From Albugo candida (taxonomy: Eukaryota), in assembly GCA_040437565.1 (NCBI GenBank), contig JBDOQK010000009.1:124001-188000 (forward strand): a DNA stretch of 64,000 nt, written 5' to 3'. Positions 36,960-48,090 of the stretch are shown here, in pieces. The translations under genes were made by a program, and so were the position numbers. Numbering within the stretch: position 1 is the stretch's first letter; each line of letters begins with the position of its first letter. A model generated the notes under the pieces. It saw only the letters and a program-made list of their open reading frames with translations, was not told the DNA's origin and did not search any database.

Positions 36960-38803
36960 CAGCATTGCTTGGTTCAACGCAATCTACGGATAGTACAGCC
37001 GTCCAGAATTCTTCAAATACAGTTTCTATCGATTTGTTGCGCATGAGCAACCGATTTCGTCCTCCAACGGAGCTATTATCAGCCAGTCATATGCGAATAA
37101 CAGCACGACGAGAATACTCAGCTACAAGGCCTCCCAGAAATGAGCAAGCGGATTGGATCGATCGCGATGCAATTTTTGAGGATGTCGAGTCCCGAACCGA
37201 TCGTCAATCTCTAATAGAAAATCAAGATCGAGATGAGAAAAAAGAACAAACTCGCTCGAGTTCTGATATAAACGCAGAAGTGAATGTATCGATCAATGTG
37301 TACGATATCGAGTGCAACGCGTCGGATGGTGGTCTTGGCGTTATCTTGTCACCTGTATCGGAGCAAGTGCTCAAATGTTTCAAAACATTAGATTCACGTG
37401 TTCCAAAATATCAGATCAGCGCATTTGAACGAAATGGGCTCGGTCAGACTCTCTGGGTTGAGTCTAGTGGAAAAGTCAATATTGGAGATGGAATACTTGC
37501 TATACAGGATCATTGGATCAAGGAGGATACTTATTACGAGGTATTGGAGCTTTTATGGACCTCAAAGAATCCAGTAAAGCTCACGCTTGCTCGGATTGGC
37601 TCCTGGCACTGTCCTCACTGCACGCTGATAAACCCGGTGGCACTCCTCATCTGTGCCGCATGTGGACTTCAAGTGCGCTATTTTAATATCGATATCAGTG
37701 ATGACTGAGTAGACGATATGGTTACACATACCTGCTTTATGTAGCGAAAAGGGCTGTAGAGTACGCGACTGGGGCTATTAACCTAATGCTCGTTTATCAG
37801 ATCTTGGTCTCCTCATAGAGTCTGTTTATTCGGCTGTGATCTGCCAGTAGTGCATGCGCCATGTGGCTAATATTCATAACCTTGTCATCCTTATCTAGTT
37901 TTTCTCATGCCAAGTATACAAATTCGTGGTAAAAGCTCAGCAGGGAGCGCAACGGGCTTGACCTACCCCTTTCCACCCTCTAAGTACTCACTTAAAGTTA
38001 CACTTTTACTCGAGGCACCTTACGCTTCGAGTCGAGAAAATCGCTCGATCACAAGCCAAAGTCGATATTATCATTTGAGCATTGGAACAACTTTGCTCTA
38101 CTTTTGTTAACGCTATTAAAATCTGTCGCAATTCTCACTTGTCGTAGCTTCGCAATCCTCAGAAAAAATGGCTCACATCATGGACGCACGTATGATGATT
38201 AATATGCGCTCATCGGATCTTCCTTCTAGAAGTAATGCACTTCGAAAACGGAATTCCACTCAGGTTTCATCCGATATGGCGACTCGTAATGGATCATGTG
38301 TTGAATCAAAAAAGGATAAAGATTCTCCTGTAGCGGACACATCGAGCACTTCAAGGCAATCGAGATTCAGCCGATTGACCTTGTCGAACAAGACCAAAGA
38401 CACATCTGCTTCTCATCTATCTTCTAGAGCCTCAAGAAAGTCTCAATATGCCACTGGAAACACGTTAGCAATGGCGCGTCCCAATTTGATCGATTTGAAA
38501 ACGATATCCTCAGAAACTGTAGAGTGGGAGGGTTATCTTTATAAACAGCGTAAACTGGTGAAAAGCTGGACACCAAGATACGTAACTCTCCACGATAGTA
38601 CGATTAAGGTTTATAAATCAAAAGCGCACGCTATTGCAAAAGGTCCGATGCGAGGGTCTTGGTCGATCACTCAAATAAACTCAGAGTTACCTTCCACCGG
38701 ATTCGGTGCGGCTAAACTACAGCCTGATGTATGTGGCTTCACCATTGTAGCGACTGACGGTAGTCAAATCCATCTAATCGCTTGGTCACCTCTGGTCAAA
38801 GCA
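36960..38803. repeat. 1.84-kb direct duplicate of 35016-36859 (assembly overlap artefact across the gap at 36860-36959)
   Basis: Identical sequence at offset 1944; it produces duplicate ORFs (35963/37907 and 36224/38168). Confidence 0.9.
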
Positions 38804-40987
38804 ATGTGGATGCATGCTGTTCATATGAGTGTCCCTCAATCAAATTGCGCCACTTCTCGAGGAAAGAAAAGTTACCTTTCTGCTTTGAGTGGGACTCATC
38901 TTTTCGACACTCAAATTCGGCAGTCTCTAAACACTATCGAGTCAACTGGAGAGCCGACAAAAAGCACAGACTCAGAAATGGATAGCGTTCTGGACAGAGA
39001 CAATATATCATATGGCTCCAACAAAAGCTCAACGTCCCGTCCTGAGTCTGCTGAAAGTAATTCTCTACGTGCGCATCGTTTCTTCTACAAATTAGTATAC
39101 GTGCTGAGCATCAAAGAGGTCGACCAATTCACAGCACGCTTACCATTGATTATACGACATTTGAGCAAAGACGTGGAATTCAAATTTGATATAGAAACTA
39201 CTGAAGCCACTCATCCCTCATGCGTGTTCAAAGGAGTGTACCATGGTCGTGAGGGATTTTTACACTTTATCGCACTGTACCAGACCAAGTACTTGTTGGA
39301 TAAAGACAGCAAAGTTACGCCAAAGCACAGTCGGGATCGTCATAATGAAATTCACTCACTCCACTGTACGCCTCTTAATATGTTGAACGTCATATCTGGC
39401 TCCAAGACGCAGGGAGGTATTCGATTGAGATTAACATTCACACCCGCGCGGCGTATCAGTCGTATACTCTTCTCATTTTGGAAGGCCGATAGTCCCAATG
39501 CTGGTCCTACGAATGTAGCATTATCCAAGAAAGAAGCTAGTAATATCGGTTCAAATATGCAGCGTGCCAGGTCAAAAGTATCGGGGGATTCGAAGAGTGT
39601 GATCGCGAATCCAATGGTCATCGGAGAGCATCCAGCATGCTTTCATCAAGCCGTTCTTACCAAACGCTCTTTGGCTCTCTCTTTTACTGACTTCGATGTG
39701 GTTGGTGTGCTGGGTCAAGGCGGATTTGGAACCGTCGTGCTGGTCCGTCTGCATCATAGTCCTGATGAGCTTTTCGCAATTAAAATCATCGACAAGCATT
39801 CTGGAGCAGAAAGCGCTTTGAAGGAGCGACGAATTCTCACCGGAGTCCGACACCCTTTTTTAGTATGTCTGAGATTTGCCTTTCAAACACAAACCAAGTT
39901 ATATCTCGGAATGGATTATTACAAGGGCGGAAATTTATATTTGCATATGCATTCGAGTATGCAGCGAGATCCAAATAACGCCATTGGCTGTGGAAGGCGA
40001 TTCACCCTGGATCAAGCTCGTTTTTATGCGGCCGAATTGGCAATTGCGCTGTCGTATTTACACTCGTGTGGAATTATTTATCGTGATCTCAAACCGGATA
40101 ATGTAATGCTGGATAAGACGGGGCACATTCGATTGGTCGATTTTGGGATTTCAAAGCAGCTCAAGTTGGAAGAAAACAACCAATACGCGCCTACAGGGAC
40201 TTTGGCCGGGTCCCCAGCATACATTGCACCTGAACAATTACTGACGCAGAAGCCGCAGTACGGAATGAATGCGGATTGGTGGAGTTATGGAGTGTTGCTG
40301 TATGAGATGCTGACCGGAAATACCCCGTTCGCGGACACTAACATCTCAAGTATGTATCGAAAGATTCAAAACGCTCAAGTAAAATATGATCGACGACCGG
40401 AGATGGATCCCTCAGCAGTAGATTTACTCAAAAAATTACTCGTACGTGATCCTGCCTCGCGAATTGGAATCGAAGACATCAAAAGCCATCCGTTTTTTGA
40501 ATGTATCGATTGGGACCGATTAGAAAAGAAAGATTTAGATGCACCTTTCATTCCAGCCAATAACGAGTTGATGGAAAACGTCCATGAGCATTTCAAAAAA
40601 ATGAATGTGGAAAAAACATTGGGTCAATATGAGGAGTTGAACAAACCGGGTCCTCTTACTGGAGGATTTTTCCGACGGAAACAACCAAAAGAAGCAACCA
40701 ATCACTTTGACGAATTCAGTTTCTGTTATGACACGGATCGTGAGTCTTATATGAGTGTAACAATGGCAGACGACGGTTGGCTTATGCATCAGTTACGGGA
40801 GGGTGCGGCCATGCGTGGTTTATTACAGCACACTAATAGTGGAGATGAACCAGAGATTGTGTCTGAGTCGCACGACGAAGAGCACGGAGATAATACAACC
40901 AGTGAAGATGATGCTGATTGCTTAAAACGTTCGAGTCGCACAAGTGATGGAGTGCTAGAAGATCGATATAGTAGTGAGTATAGTTGA
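38168..40987 (+). CDS. PH-domain AGC Ser/Thr kinase (PKB/Akt-like) with a central NTF2/SnoaL-like region
   Basis: PH domain WEGYLYKQRKLVKSWTPRYVTL...MWMHAV; kinase motifs LGQGGFGTV, AIK, YRDLKPDN, DFG and APE; hydrophobic motif HFDEFSF. Confidence 0.9.
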   Translation: MAHIMDARMMINMRSSDLPSRSNALRKRNSTQVSSDMATRNGSCVESKKDKDSPVADTSSTSRQSRFSRLTLSNKTKDTSASHLSSRASRKSQYATGNTLAMARPNLIDLKTISSETVEWEGYLYKQRKLVKSWTPRYVTLHDSTIKVYKSKAHAIAKGPMRGSWSITQINSELPSTGFGAAKLQPDVCGFTIVATDGSQIHLIAWSPLVKAMWMHAVHMSVPQSNCATSRGKKSYLSALSGTHLFDTQIRQSLNTIESTGEPTKSTDSEMDSVLDRDNISYGSNKSSTSRPESAESNSLRAHRFFYKLVYVLSIKEVDQFTARLPLIIRHLSKDVEFKFDIETTEATHPSCVFKGVYHGREGFLHFIALYQTKYLLDKDSKVTPKHSRDRHNEIHSLHCTPLNMLNVISGSKTQGGIRLRLTFTPARRISRILFSFWKADSPNAGPTNVALSKKEASNIGSNMQRARSKVSGDSKSVIANPMVIGEHPACFHQAVLTKRSLALSFTDFDVVGVLGQGGFGTVVLVRLHHSPDELFAIKIIDKHSGAESALKERRILTGVRHPFLVCLRFAFQTQTKLYLGMDYYKGGNLYLHMHSSMQRDPNNAIGCGRRFTLDQARFYAAELAIALSYLHSCGIIYRDLKPDNVMLDKTGHIRLVDFGISKQLKLEENNQYAPTGTLAGSPAYIAPEQLLTQKPQYGMNADWWSYGVLLYEMLTGNTPFADTNISSMYRKIQNAQVKYDRRPEMDPSAVDLLKKLLVRDPASRIGIEDIKSHPFFECIDWDRLEKKDLDAPFIPANNELMENVHEHFKKMNVEKTLGQYEELNKPGPLTGGFFRRKQPKEATNHFDEFSFCYDTDRESYMSVTMADDGWLMHQLREGAAMRGLLQHTNSGDEPEIVSESHDEEHGDNTTSEDDADCLKRSSRTSDGVLEDRYSSEYS

Positions 40988-41664
40988 GTAGCACCCAAGT
41001 AAAGACAATTTTGACATATAAGCATTATACAAAGTGTATCCTTCTGCTGATGTGATGTCTTAATTGCTAGCGAAACGCTTGGTCAGGAATGTACGTTGTA
41101 CATATTATATGGAGATATTGACAGTGTACCGCTATGCTCATCAGGTAGTGGAACAACCAAATGCTTGAAGCCAAGGCCGGCGCTTGCGACCACTTTCATT
41201 TGATAACTTGCAAGAATCTATGTATACAAGACAGAAACGTCGATGAGGAAATCATGTTGTAGAGGGTTTTGCACAAGTTCTAGAATCAAGAATGGACACA
41301 TGACGGTTGTAATTCAAACATATTAATGTTNNNNNNNNNNNNNNNNNNNNNNNNNNNNNNNNNNNNNNNNNNNNNNNNNNNNNNNNNNNNNNNNNNNNNN
41401 NNNNNNNNNNNNNNNNNNNNNNNNNNNNNNCCATGTAGTATAATGCACTTACTTGTATGAATCCATAGAGACTATCTAAAAACAAAGGATATTCACACAA
41501 AAAAGTCCTTCTAATTGCCTTTGAACTTGGATCAGAATTCAAAGTCACGAGCGCCGACTGAGCGAATTGACTCCATATTGATAAGATAGACACTTTGAAC
41601 CATCATCTTGATCGATTTTTAACAAGAGTTCTATTAAAGTCAGCACTATCCGATACTGATCGTC

Positions 41665-42474
41665 ATGAAAGCTCAAGTGGAATCTGAAGATTATTTTGAA
41701 GTCCTTGGTGTCGCACGCACAGCGACAGAAGCCGAAGTGAAGAAAGCATATCGTAAGTTGGCAGTAGAATGGCATCCAGACAAAAACCGCTCCAATCCAA
41801 AAGCGGAGGAGTATTTCAAAAAGGTCGCTGAAGCGTATGAAGTGTTAAGTAACACAGATAAACGAAGTGTTTACGAAAGATATGGTAAACATGGACTGGA
41901 GGATCGAACGCAACAAGAAGGCGACAATCCTTATCAAGACCACTTTGGATTTGGAGGACATGCTGGCTTCTCATCTCGTCATGCTCGCGACATTTTCGAA
42001 GCCTTTTTCGGTGGTCGAGATCCATTCAGCGATTTTTTTGGGCATGAACCCATGCGAGGAGGATCCAGGCGCCAGTCGTCTGGTATGGGTATTCACTCCG
42101 CATTCAATATGATGAGCAATATGCATTCAATGAATTCGTTCTTCGATGATGATTTTTTTGGTGGAGGAAGTTTCTCAAGTATAAGCAGTAGTAGTTTTGG
42201 AGGTGGAATGGGAGGCTTCTCCGAAAGCACCAGTCAATCCTCGTACACAGACCGCAATGGATGCGTGATCACACAGAAGAAAACGACTCGAGTCCAACCA
42301 GATGGTCAAACCGAAACCATCACTGAAGAATATCAAAACGGACACTTGATAGCATCCTCTACCTCTACAAATAATCGACTTGAAAACTCCAGTTCTCATC
42401 GGCACTTGGAGGGAGGGCGAAGGTCTTCCCACCGAGGTGGAAGACAACTCTCCTCGATCTCGTACGGGTGGTAA
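41665..42474 (+). CDS. DnaJ/Hsp40 class B co-chaperone (DNAJB6-like)
   Basis: J-domain DYFEVLGV...[14 protein letters not shown] followed by a G/F-rich region and a Ser/Thr-rich C-terminal region. Confidence 0.92.
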   Translation: MKAQVESEDYFEVLGVARTATEAEVKKAYRKLAVEWHPDKNRSNPKAEEYFKKVAEAYEVLSNTDKRSVYERYGKHGLEDRTQQEGDNPYQDHFGFGGHAGFSSRHARDIFEAFFGGRDPFSDFFGHEPMRGGSRRQSSGMGIHSAFNMMSNMHSMNSFFDDDFFGGGSFSSISSSSFGGGMGGFSESTSQSSYTDRNGCVITQKKTTRVQPDGQTETITEEYQNGHLIASSTSTNNRLENSSSHRHLEGGRRSSHRGGRQLSSISYGW

Positions 42475-42587
42475 GTATCGATTGCGTCAAAATGCGCCGT
42501 TAACACATTTTCTTTCATATAACATGCATGTGCCACATTTGCAATTTTGTTTTCCTGTACACACACTTTTGTAATATCGAAAACTGA

Positions 42588-44111
42588 ATGGATGTTGCGA
42601 AAACCTTCCTGGTCTACGTCAATGCAGAGCTAGTAGACATTCTCTCGGCGCCTAGCTGCCTGAACGTGCATTCCTCCTCAGTATCAATGTCATGTTTTCC
42701 CGAGCCATCCGTCATGATTGAAGTACGTGTTCTCCATCGAAATAACGATGCCGAAATACTCTGCATCGAATGGGATTGCCCCCACAATTCAAATTGCGCA
42801 CACAGTAAATGGATAACAATTAAAGCCTTTAAAAAGCGTTTCAAACCATTTCTGTGTACCTTTTATCCCGAAATTACAGCGAATGTGCAAGCTACTCCAA
42901 AATGTGAACGACGCTGGCCTCTAGAAGTGTATTCCACCCCCAAAATGGGCCGAATCGCAATAGCAACAACGTCCATGCCTCTTGGCACCCGCATTCTCGA
43001 AACTCCAGCTTTTGCAGCAGTCGTATCGGATAAATATCGTCAACGGTACTGTCACTTTTGTATACGGCGATTGTCTGGAAAAGCTTTTCAGTGTGACCAG
43101 TGTCGGTATTCAGTATACTGCAGTATGGAATGTCTGACCACTGACGCAAATACGTTCCATGAGCTTCAGTGTGACGTACTCGTCCGATTGGGAACAAAAA
43201 AGGACTGTGATACAGAGCTCCCTCGCTTGGTAGTAGCCGTGCTCAGCATGCAACACTCTCGGGCCTTCAAGCCAAAACACAATCCTCTGCAGAATTTGAC
43301 CGTTCCTTCAGTGGTTACAAGTACCAAACATAACCATGCAATTCAGCTGGTCAACCTTCTGAAAAAGTCAAAGTTGTCTCACTTCATTTCTTCGGATGAG
43401 GTGCACGATGTCGTCGTCAAAGTTCAGACTAATGCTCACCCTTTGATTCTGAACGGCTCTGTTACTTGTGGTCTCGGACTATTTCCGGAAGCAGCAATGA
43501 TATTCAATCATTCATGTTCTCCAAACATTATATTGGCATTTGAACCGGGTACACGAATGCTAACAGCTCAGAACATCCGAACGATTAGGCCTAGACAAGC
43601 TCTAGAATACGCCTATATCGATATCCTCCCATCAAAGTCGAGGAGGCGACAACTTTTGACCGACGCTTTTGGGTTTGATTGTACTTGCGTGCGGTGTTCC
43701 CAAGAAGGTGAAAAAGAGCTTTTAGCGGCTCACGGTACATTTGACCAAGAAACTACCATACTTTTACAACTGCAAACTGCTACACTTATACCTTCTCAGT
43801 TCGACGTGGAAAAAGTACTCGCGAGCTATGCAGATGGTCGGGAACCATCAGCAGAATTTGTGTTCTCGCTTTGGATGGTACAAGTAAACGCCTTAATACA
43901 AAAGCGTGAGTGGCATCCAGCACGTAAAATTATCGAGGAAATGATAAATACCTGGACAGTAGAATGGAACTTGCCTCGGTATTACCCGGTTACGGATGCG
44001 CTGTATCGCCAACTGCTACAAGTTTGCACGCAACTTGAACTCGCTGTAAAGTGTCAGAATATTCGGTCAAAAATGAACAAAATCGGGGCAATTTGTGGTT
44101 TTTCCGACTGA
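42588..44111 (+). CDS. SET and MYND domain protein (SMYD-type lysine methyltransferase)
   Basis: Motifs MGRIAIAT, MYND CHFC...CDQC...YCSMEC...HELQC, FNHSCSPN, EYAYID and post-SET FDCTCVRC. Confidence 0.9.
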   Translation: MDVAKTFLVYVNAELVDILSAPSCLNVHSSSVSMSCFPEPSVMIEVRVLHRNNDAEILCIEWDCPHNSNCAHSKWITIKAFKKRFKPFLCTFYPEITANVQATPKCERRWPLEVYSTPKMGRIAIATTSMPLGTRILETPAFAAVVSDKYRQRYCHFCIRRLSGKAFQCDQCRYSVYCSMECLTTDANTFHELQCDVLVRLGTKKDCDTELPRLVVAVLSMQHSRAFKPKHNPLQNLTVPSVVTSTKHNHAIQLVNLLKKSKLSHFISSDEVHDVVVKVQTNAHPLILNGSVTCGLGLFPEAAMIFNHSCSPNIILAFEPGTRMLTAQNIRTIRPRQALEYAYIDILPSKSRRRQLLTDAFGFDCTCVRCSQEGEKELLAAHGTFDQETTILLQLQTATLIPSQFDVEKVLASYADGREPSAEFVFSLWMVQVNALIQKREWHPARKIIEEMINTWTVEWNLPRYYPVTDALYRQLLQVCTQLELAVKCQNIRSKMNKIGAICGFSD

Positions 44112-44270
44112 CAACGATTCTATCGAGAACTAGAAAAAAACTTGGTTCTAATGACTGCAGTTTGATAATCTGATCGGAATGTTTTCTATCGGCCTTGCCT
44201 TTACATGATTATTATTACATTTTCTGTAAGACTCACACTCTCCATAATTCAAAATTACTCTTACGAAGCA

Positions 44271-44873
44271 ATGAGCCGAAATCTCTTAATATCGGCGCTT
44301 GTGGCATATACCGTGGTATCGAAAGCAACTGCAAATTGGTTTGACGAATCAAAGTTTCGTCAGGCAACGCTTGCCAAAGAAAATGAAAGCTGTCTTGAAA
44401 ACGATGGAGTTAAGCGATACTGCGAGCGAGAAGATCTCGTCTGCAATGAAAATTCTCATTTGTGTGAAGCTCGCAAAAATTGGGGTATACCCTTAGAGGA
44501 CATTTCGCATAGCACTGGCCCATATCAAAGCTGTTCCATCGACAGTTTGAGCACCAAATTGCCAACCATATGCCTTTCGGAATTCGGGTGCGCATGCGAG
44601 GATTTAGAAGCAACCCGGTGCAGCTGTAAACCTTCGAACGCAGCTCTTCGTGCGCCAAAATGTGTAGATGGTCGGCCATGCGACCCCGACTATTACTGCG
44701 CATATTCTCTTGCCGATGATAGAAAGCTTGCACGCTCTTGCCAAAAAAAAATTTATAATCACGTTGGTGACAACTTCGAAGCATGTTACTCCAACAGCAC
44801 TTGTAACTCTGGACTCACGTGTCTCCCCTTAAACAACTTTTACAAGTATTGTTCATTGATACCAAGTGCATAG
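44271..44873 (+). CDS. Secreted Cys-rich protein, paralog 1 (18 Cys, CBM1-like modules)
   Basis: Signal peptide MSRNLLISALVAYTVVSKATA; Cys spacing shared with paralogs 2-4; C-terminal FEACYSNSTCNSGLTCLPLNNFYKYC. Confidence 0.85.
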   Translation: MSRNLLISALVAYTVVSKATANWFDESKFRQATLAKENESCLENDGVKRYCEREDLVCNENSHLCEARKNWGIPLEDISHSTGPYQSCSIDSLSTKLPTICLSEFGCACEDLEATRCSCKPSNAALRAPKCVDGRPCDPDYYCAYSLADDRKLARSCQKKIYNHVGDNFEACYSNSTCNSGLTCLPLNNFYKYCSLIPSA

Positions 44874-45684
44874 AAATAAACAAATACACGATTGTATTCA
44901 AAGTCTCCTTGCACGTTTCCCTGAACCACTATATGAGGACGGTCAACTCTAAACATCCTGTGATATGTTGTCAGCTCGTGACTAGAATATTGAAACTGTT
45001 TGCTTGAGGTTCTATCGCACAGTATGCATACTTAGCAGATCATCCCTCCCTGGTAATACTCAAGGCCGCCTATCCCAATGGTCGCTTCTATGGACACACT
45101 AAGTTCCAACTTTGGAGTATCGAACGAGGGTGCATTCGAACAACGTTCGAGGAACATTTTATACGATCTCTCTGTCTTTCGCAGCCGTGCCTTTTTCTTG
45201 CAGCTTCATGCCTGAATTGCCATATTAACAAGATCTGGGGGTGTAGCGAGCTGATTGCAGTCAGTCATATCAGCGTGCATGGATCATGCAAGAAAACTTC
45301 TCTGGAGAGAATGCTGAAAGCTACATTTATCCTGTACCCTGTTTCCATGTACCAATTAGTAAAGTCGAAATTCACTTTGTGAAAGCGGTAGTAGTGCCCC
45401 AAATTAAAACAAAGGCCTTGTCAATTTTCATTTGCAGTGCGGATCGGCCGCCTAGTGCAACACCACTCGATAGAATATAGTGAAAAGATTTAGAGTATGC
45501 TTCGTCCCTTCAAAGTTCATAGAGAGTTTTCGTCACAAGCCTGGTTGGAAACGTCAGCTATTCGAGCAACGTTCGCACAACATTCTGATCGGGTTTTGCC
45601 TTTCGTTGCCGTGCTCTTTTACATTTCAATTGAGGTCGTCAAAAAATCGCGATCATTTCCCAAAGAGAGCACTCGTGACAAGCA

Positions 45685-46407
45685 ATGGTTCGAATCATCT
45701 CCCTAACAGTTGTCGCGCTATTTTTATCGCATCTGCAATCTACTGAATTGACGACCCCCGTCCAAAGTACCCCTCCCCCCACCCCGCGACCAAAAGTGAA
45801 NNNNNNNNNNNNNNNNNNNNNNNNNNNNNNNNNNNNNNNNNNNNNNNNNNNNNNNNNNNNNNNNNNNNNNNNNNNNNNNNNNNNNNNNNNNNNNNNNNNN
45901 CCTCCCCCCACCCCGCGACCAAAAGTGAAACTCGTCGGTTCATTCCAATCCTGTGCTCCTCAGTACAACACATTGCTCTTCTGCTCGAAAAGAGATCACG
46001 ATTGTAATCCGTTCACCTTCAAATGCACAAAGCGCACAGACTTGACCTTTCCACCAGCTGAAATGGAACAAGTAACCGGTCCTTATGAGCCCTGTGTTAA
46101 TGAGTCTTCAAGTATTCTACCTTCATCGTGCCTTTTTGGTTTTTCGTGTTTTTGCGATCCTAAACTTGGATGCAATTGTCTAGCAGCTGACGCTGCAGAT
46201 AGCACCATTTGCGATCGGAATAAAGCATGTAACGAGTACGAGTACTGCGCGTATGGGTATGACAGTGATGATGTATATGGATACGGTTGTGCTAGCAAAT
46301 GGTATAATTCAAGTGGAGGACCATATCAAAGTTGTTATGCAAACAAAACTTGTGACGGTGATCTTGAGTGTGTACCGCTGAATAGATACTACTCACTTTG
46401 CGCGTAG
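45685..46407 (+). CDS. Secreted Cys-rich protein, paralog 2 (18 Cys; ~197 aa after removing the gap artefact)
   Basis: Signal peptide MVRIISLTVVALFLSHLQS; Pro/Thr spacer; C-terminal GPYQSCYANKTCDGDLECVPLNRYYSLCA. Confidence 0.88.
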   Translation: MVRIISLTVVALFLSHLQSTELTTPVQSTPPPTPRPKVXXXXXXXXXXXXXXXXXXXXXXXXXXXXXXXXXXPPPTPRPKVKLVGSFQSCAPQYNTLLFCSKRDHDCNPFTFKCTKRTDLTFPPAEMEQVTGPYEPCVNESSSILPSSCLFGFSCFCDPKLGCNCLAADAADSTICDRNKACNEYEYCAYGYDSDDVYGYGCASKWYNSSGGPYQSCYANKTCDGDLECVPLNRYYSLCA

Positions 46408-47610
46408 ACGAATTCCAGGCATCAAACAAATACAGATCAATGTTACAAATCATATTAAACTCAAAAAATCAATCTTTAGCGCTGTGTGAGTTGTTTTCAA
46501 GTTCTGCTGAGTGACATTCAAGCTATTCACGACTGACTTTGGATCTTTGAAATGCTCTTTCTGAGATATGCAAGTCCACAAAGAATTTTGACGTGCTCTT
46601 ACAAGAATTTCTCAAGCACGCACAAATTATTTTACACTTTTGATAGGACTATAAAGACGACGCTTTCTAATCAATCTGCCAATGTTCTATCGCTACCATT
46701 TGAAGTGCATGCGATCAAATGAGAGTCACGGTGATCGAGTCTCAGCGCCTACTGCTATGACAGATTTGCTGTACCGAAGGACTCTATGCATTTCGGTGAA
46801 GCTGATGAAGCATCATCGATTGAGAACTTGTGAAGCGGAAGCCATCCATGATGGCTGANNNNNNNNNNNNNNNNNNNNNNNNNNNNNNNNNNNNNNNNNN
46901 NNNNNNNNNNNNNNNNNNNNNNNNNNNNNNNNNNNNNNNNNNNNNNNNNNNNNNNNNNAGAGTCACGGTGATCGAGTCTCAGCGCCTACTGCTATGACAG
47001 ATTTGCTGTACCGAAGGACTCTATGCATTTCGGTGAAGCTGATGAAGCATCATCGATTGAGAACTTGTGAAGCGGAAGCCATCCATGATGGCTGAAGTCG
47101 ACGCCATACATCTGATCCAACTTCCTCACTACGTACCTGCGCAAAATCGATCATCTGGACAGGATCACATTCCCCATACCACCTCAAAGGCACCAAAGTG
47201 GACGTAATGATACGCTTCCTTTAATGCAAGACAGGTATTTAACGGCGATACGTTCAGCACGCATACTACATCATGCCGAATAATACTTGATTGCATCTGC
47301 TGTATGCGAGGCAGTCAAGTCGAGTTGCAGAAATAAAGGCCGGTCATTATAGCTGATAGCTTTTTGTATCCAGGAGCGCCGTCCTACTTGAACTTTATCA
47401 AAGATGACTTGTAGCGATCCAAGACGCACACGTTCGACCTTCCTCTTCTTATACGCACGCTCAGAGACGCATTTTGTATCGCCGGGTTTTAAAGCCTAAA
47501 GATTGTGTATGTCCTCTTCTACTTTGGTCGTATAAATTGCGTGAAGAAAATGCTAGTGTGACACGCGCCTTATTAATAGTTCAGTTTGAATTACAAGAAG
47601 TGAAATTATC

Positions 47611-48090
47611 ATGCACATACACCATGCACCTCTTGATTGTTGCTTGAAGGCGAGAGAATTGGTCGATTGGGTGATAAAAAAAGACAAACTATTTTCTCAA
47701 ATTACGGGCGCACTGGAACCCTTCTTTGCGCGCTGTGACGACCAAAGTTCCCTTGCAACCAGACTGCAAAGGATGCTCAGTGAGATATTTTGAGAACAGA
47801 TACCGCGCAACCGTCAAGCTTGTTCCTGCTGAAACAATCAATGAAACTTCATCTGCTGACAGCCGAGGGTTTCTTACGAGCGACAGCGTGTGCAGATAGC
47901 TTAACAAGTCGAAATGGAGAAATTGTAAAGCAATGCCAATCTTACTCATATTGTCAGCTTGTGTTCGGATTAGATACCATTTCGTGACCCCCATCATGTG
48001 GTATACATCATAGACGTACTGGTTTTTTAGTGACTCCATTGCAGGGCAGCGCAGTTTCTGAGTGGTTTCAGCTAACAAGGAGACCGTTTG
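47611..48090 (+). pseudogene. Frameshifted relic of the CH-domain gene at 55573
   Basis: MHIHHAPLDCCLKARELVDWVIKKDKLF aligns with MHRHRIALNYCLKERELVDWVVNQDELYF; DNA similarity continues (GGATTAGATACCATT, CAGCGCA...AAGGAG) through stops and frameshifts. Confidence 0.8.

Noticed and set aside
36224-37708. Apparent novel PH-PDZ-zinc finger fusion ORF (494 aa)
   Set aside because: It is a chimera read through the N gap: the 5' end of the PH kinase is joined to a duplicated 3' end of the USP gene (offset 1944)
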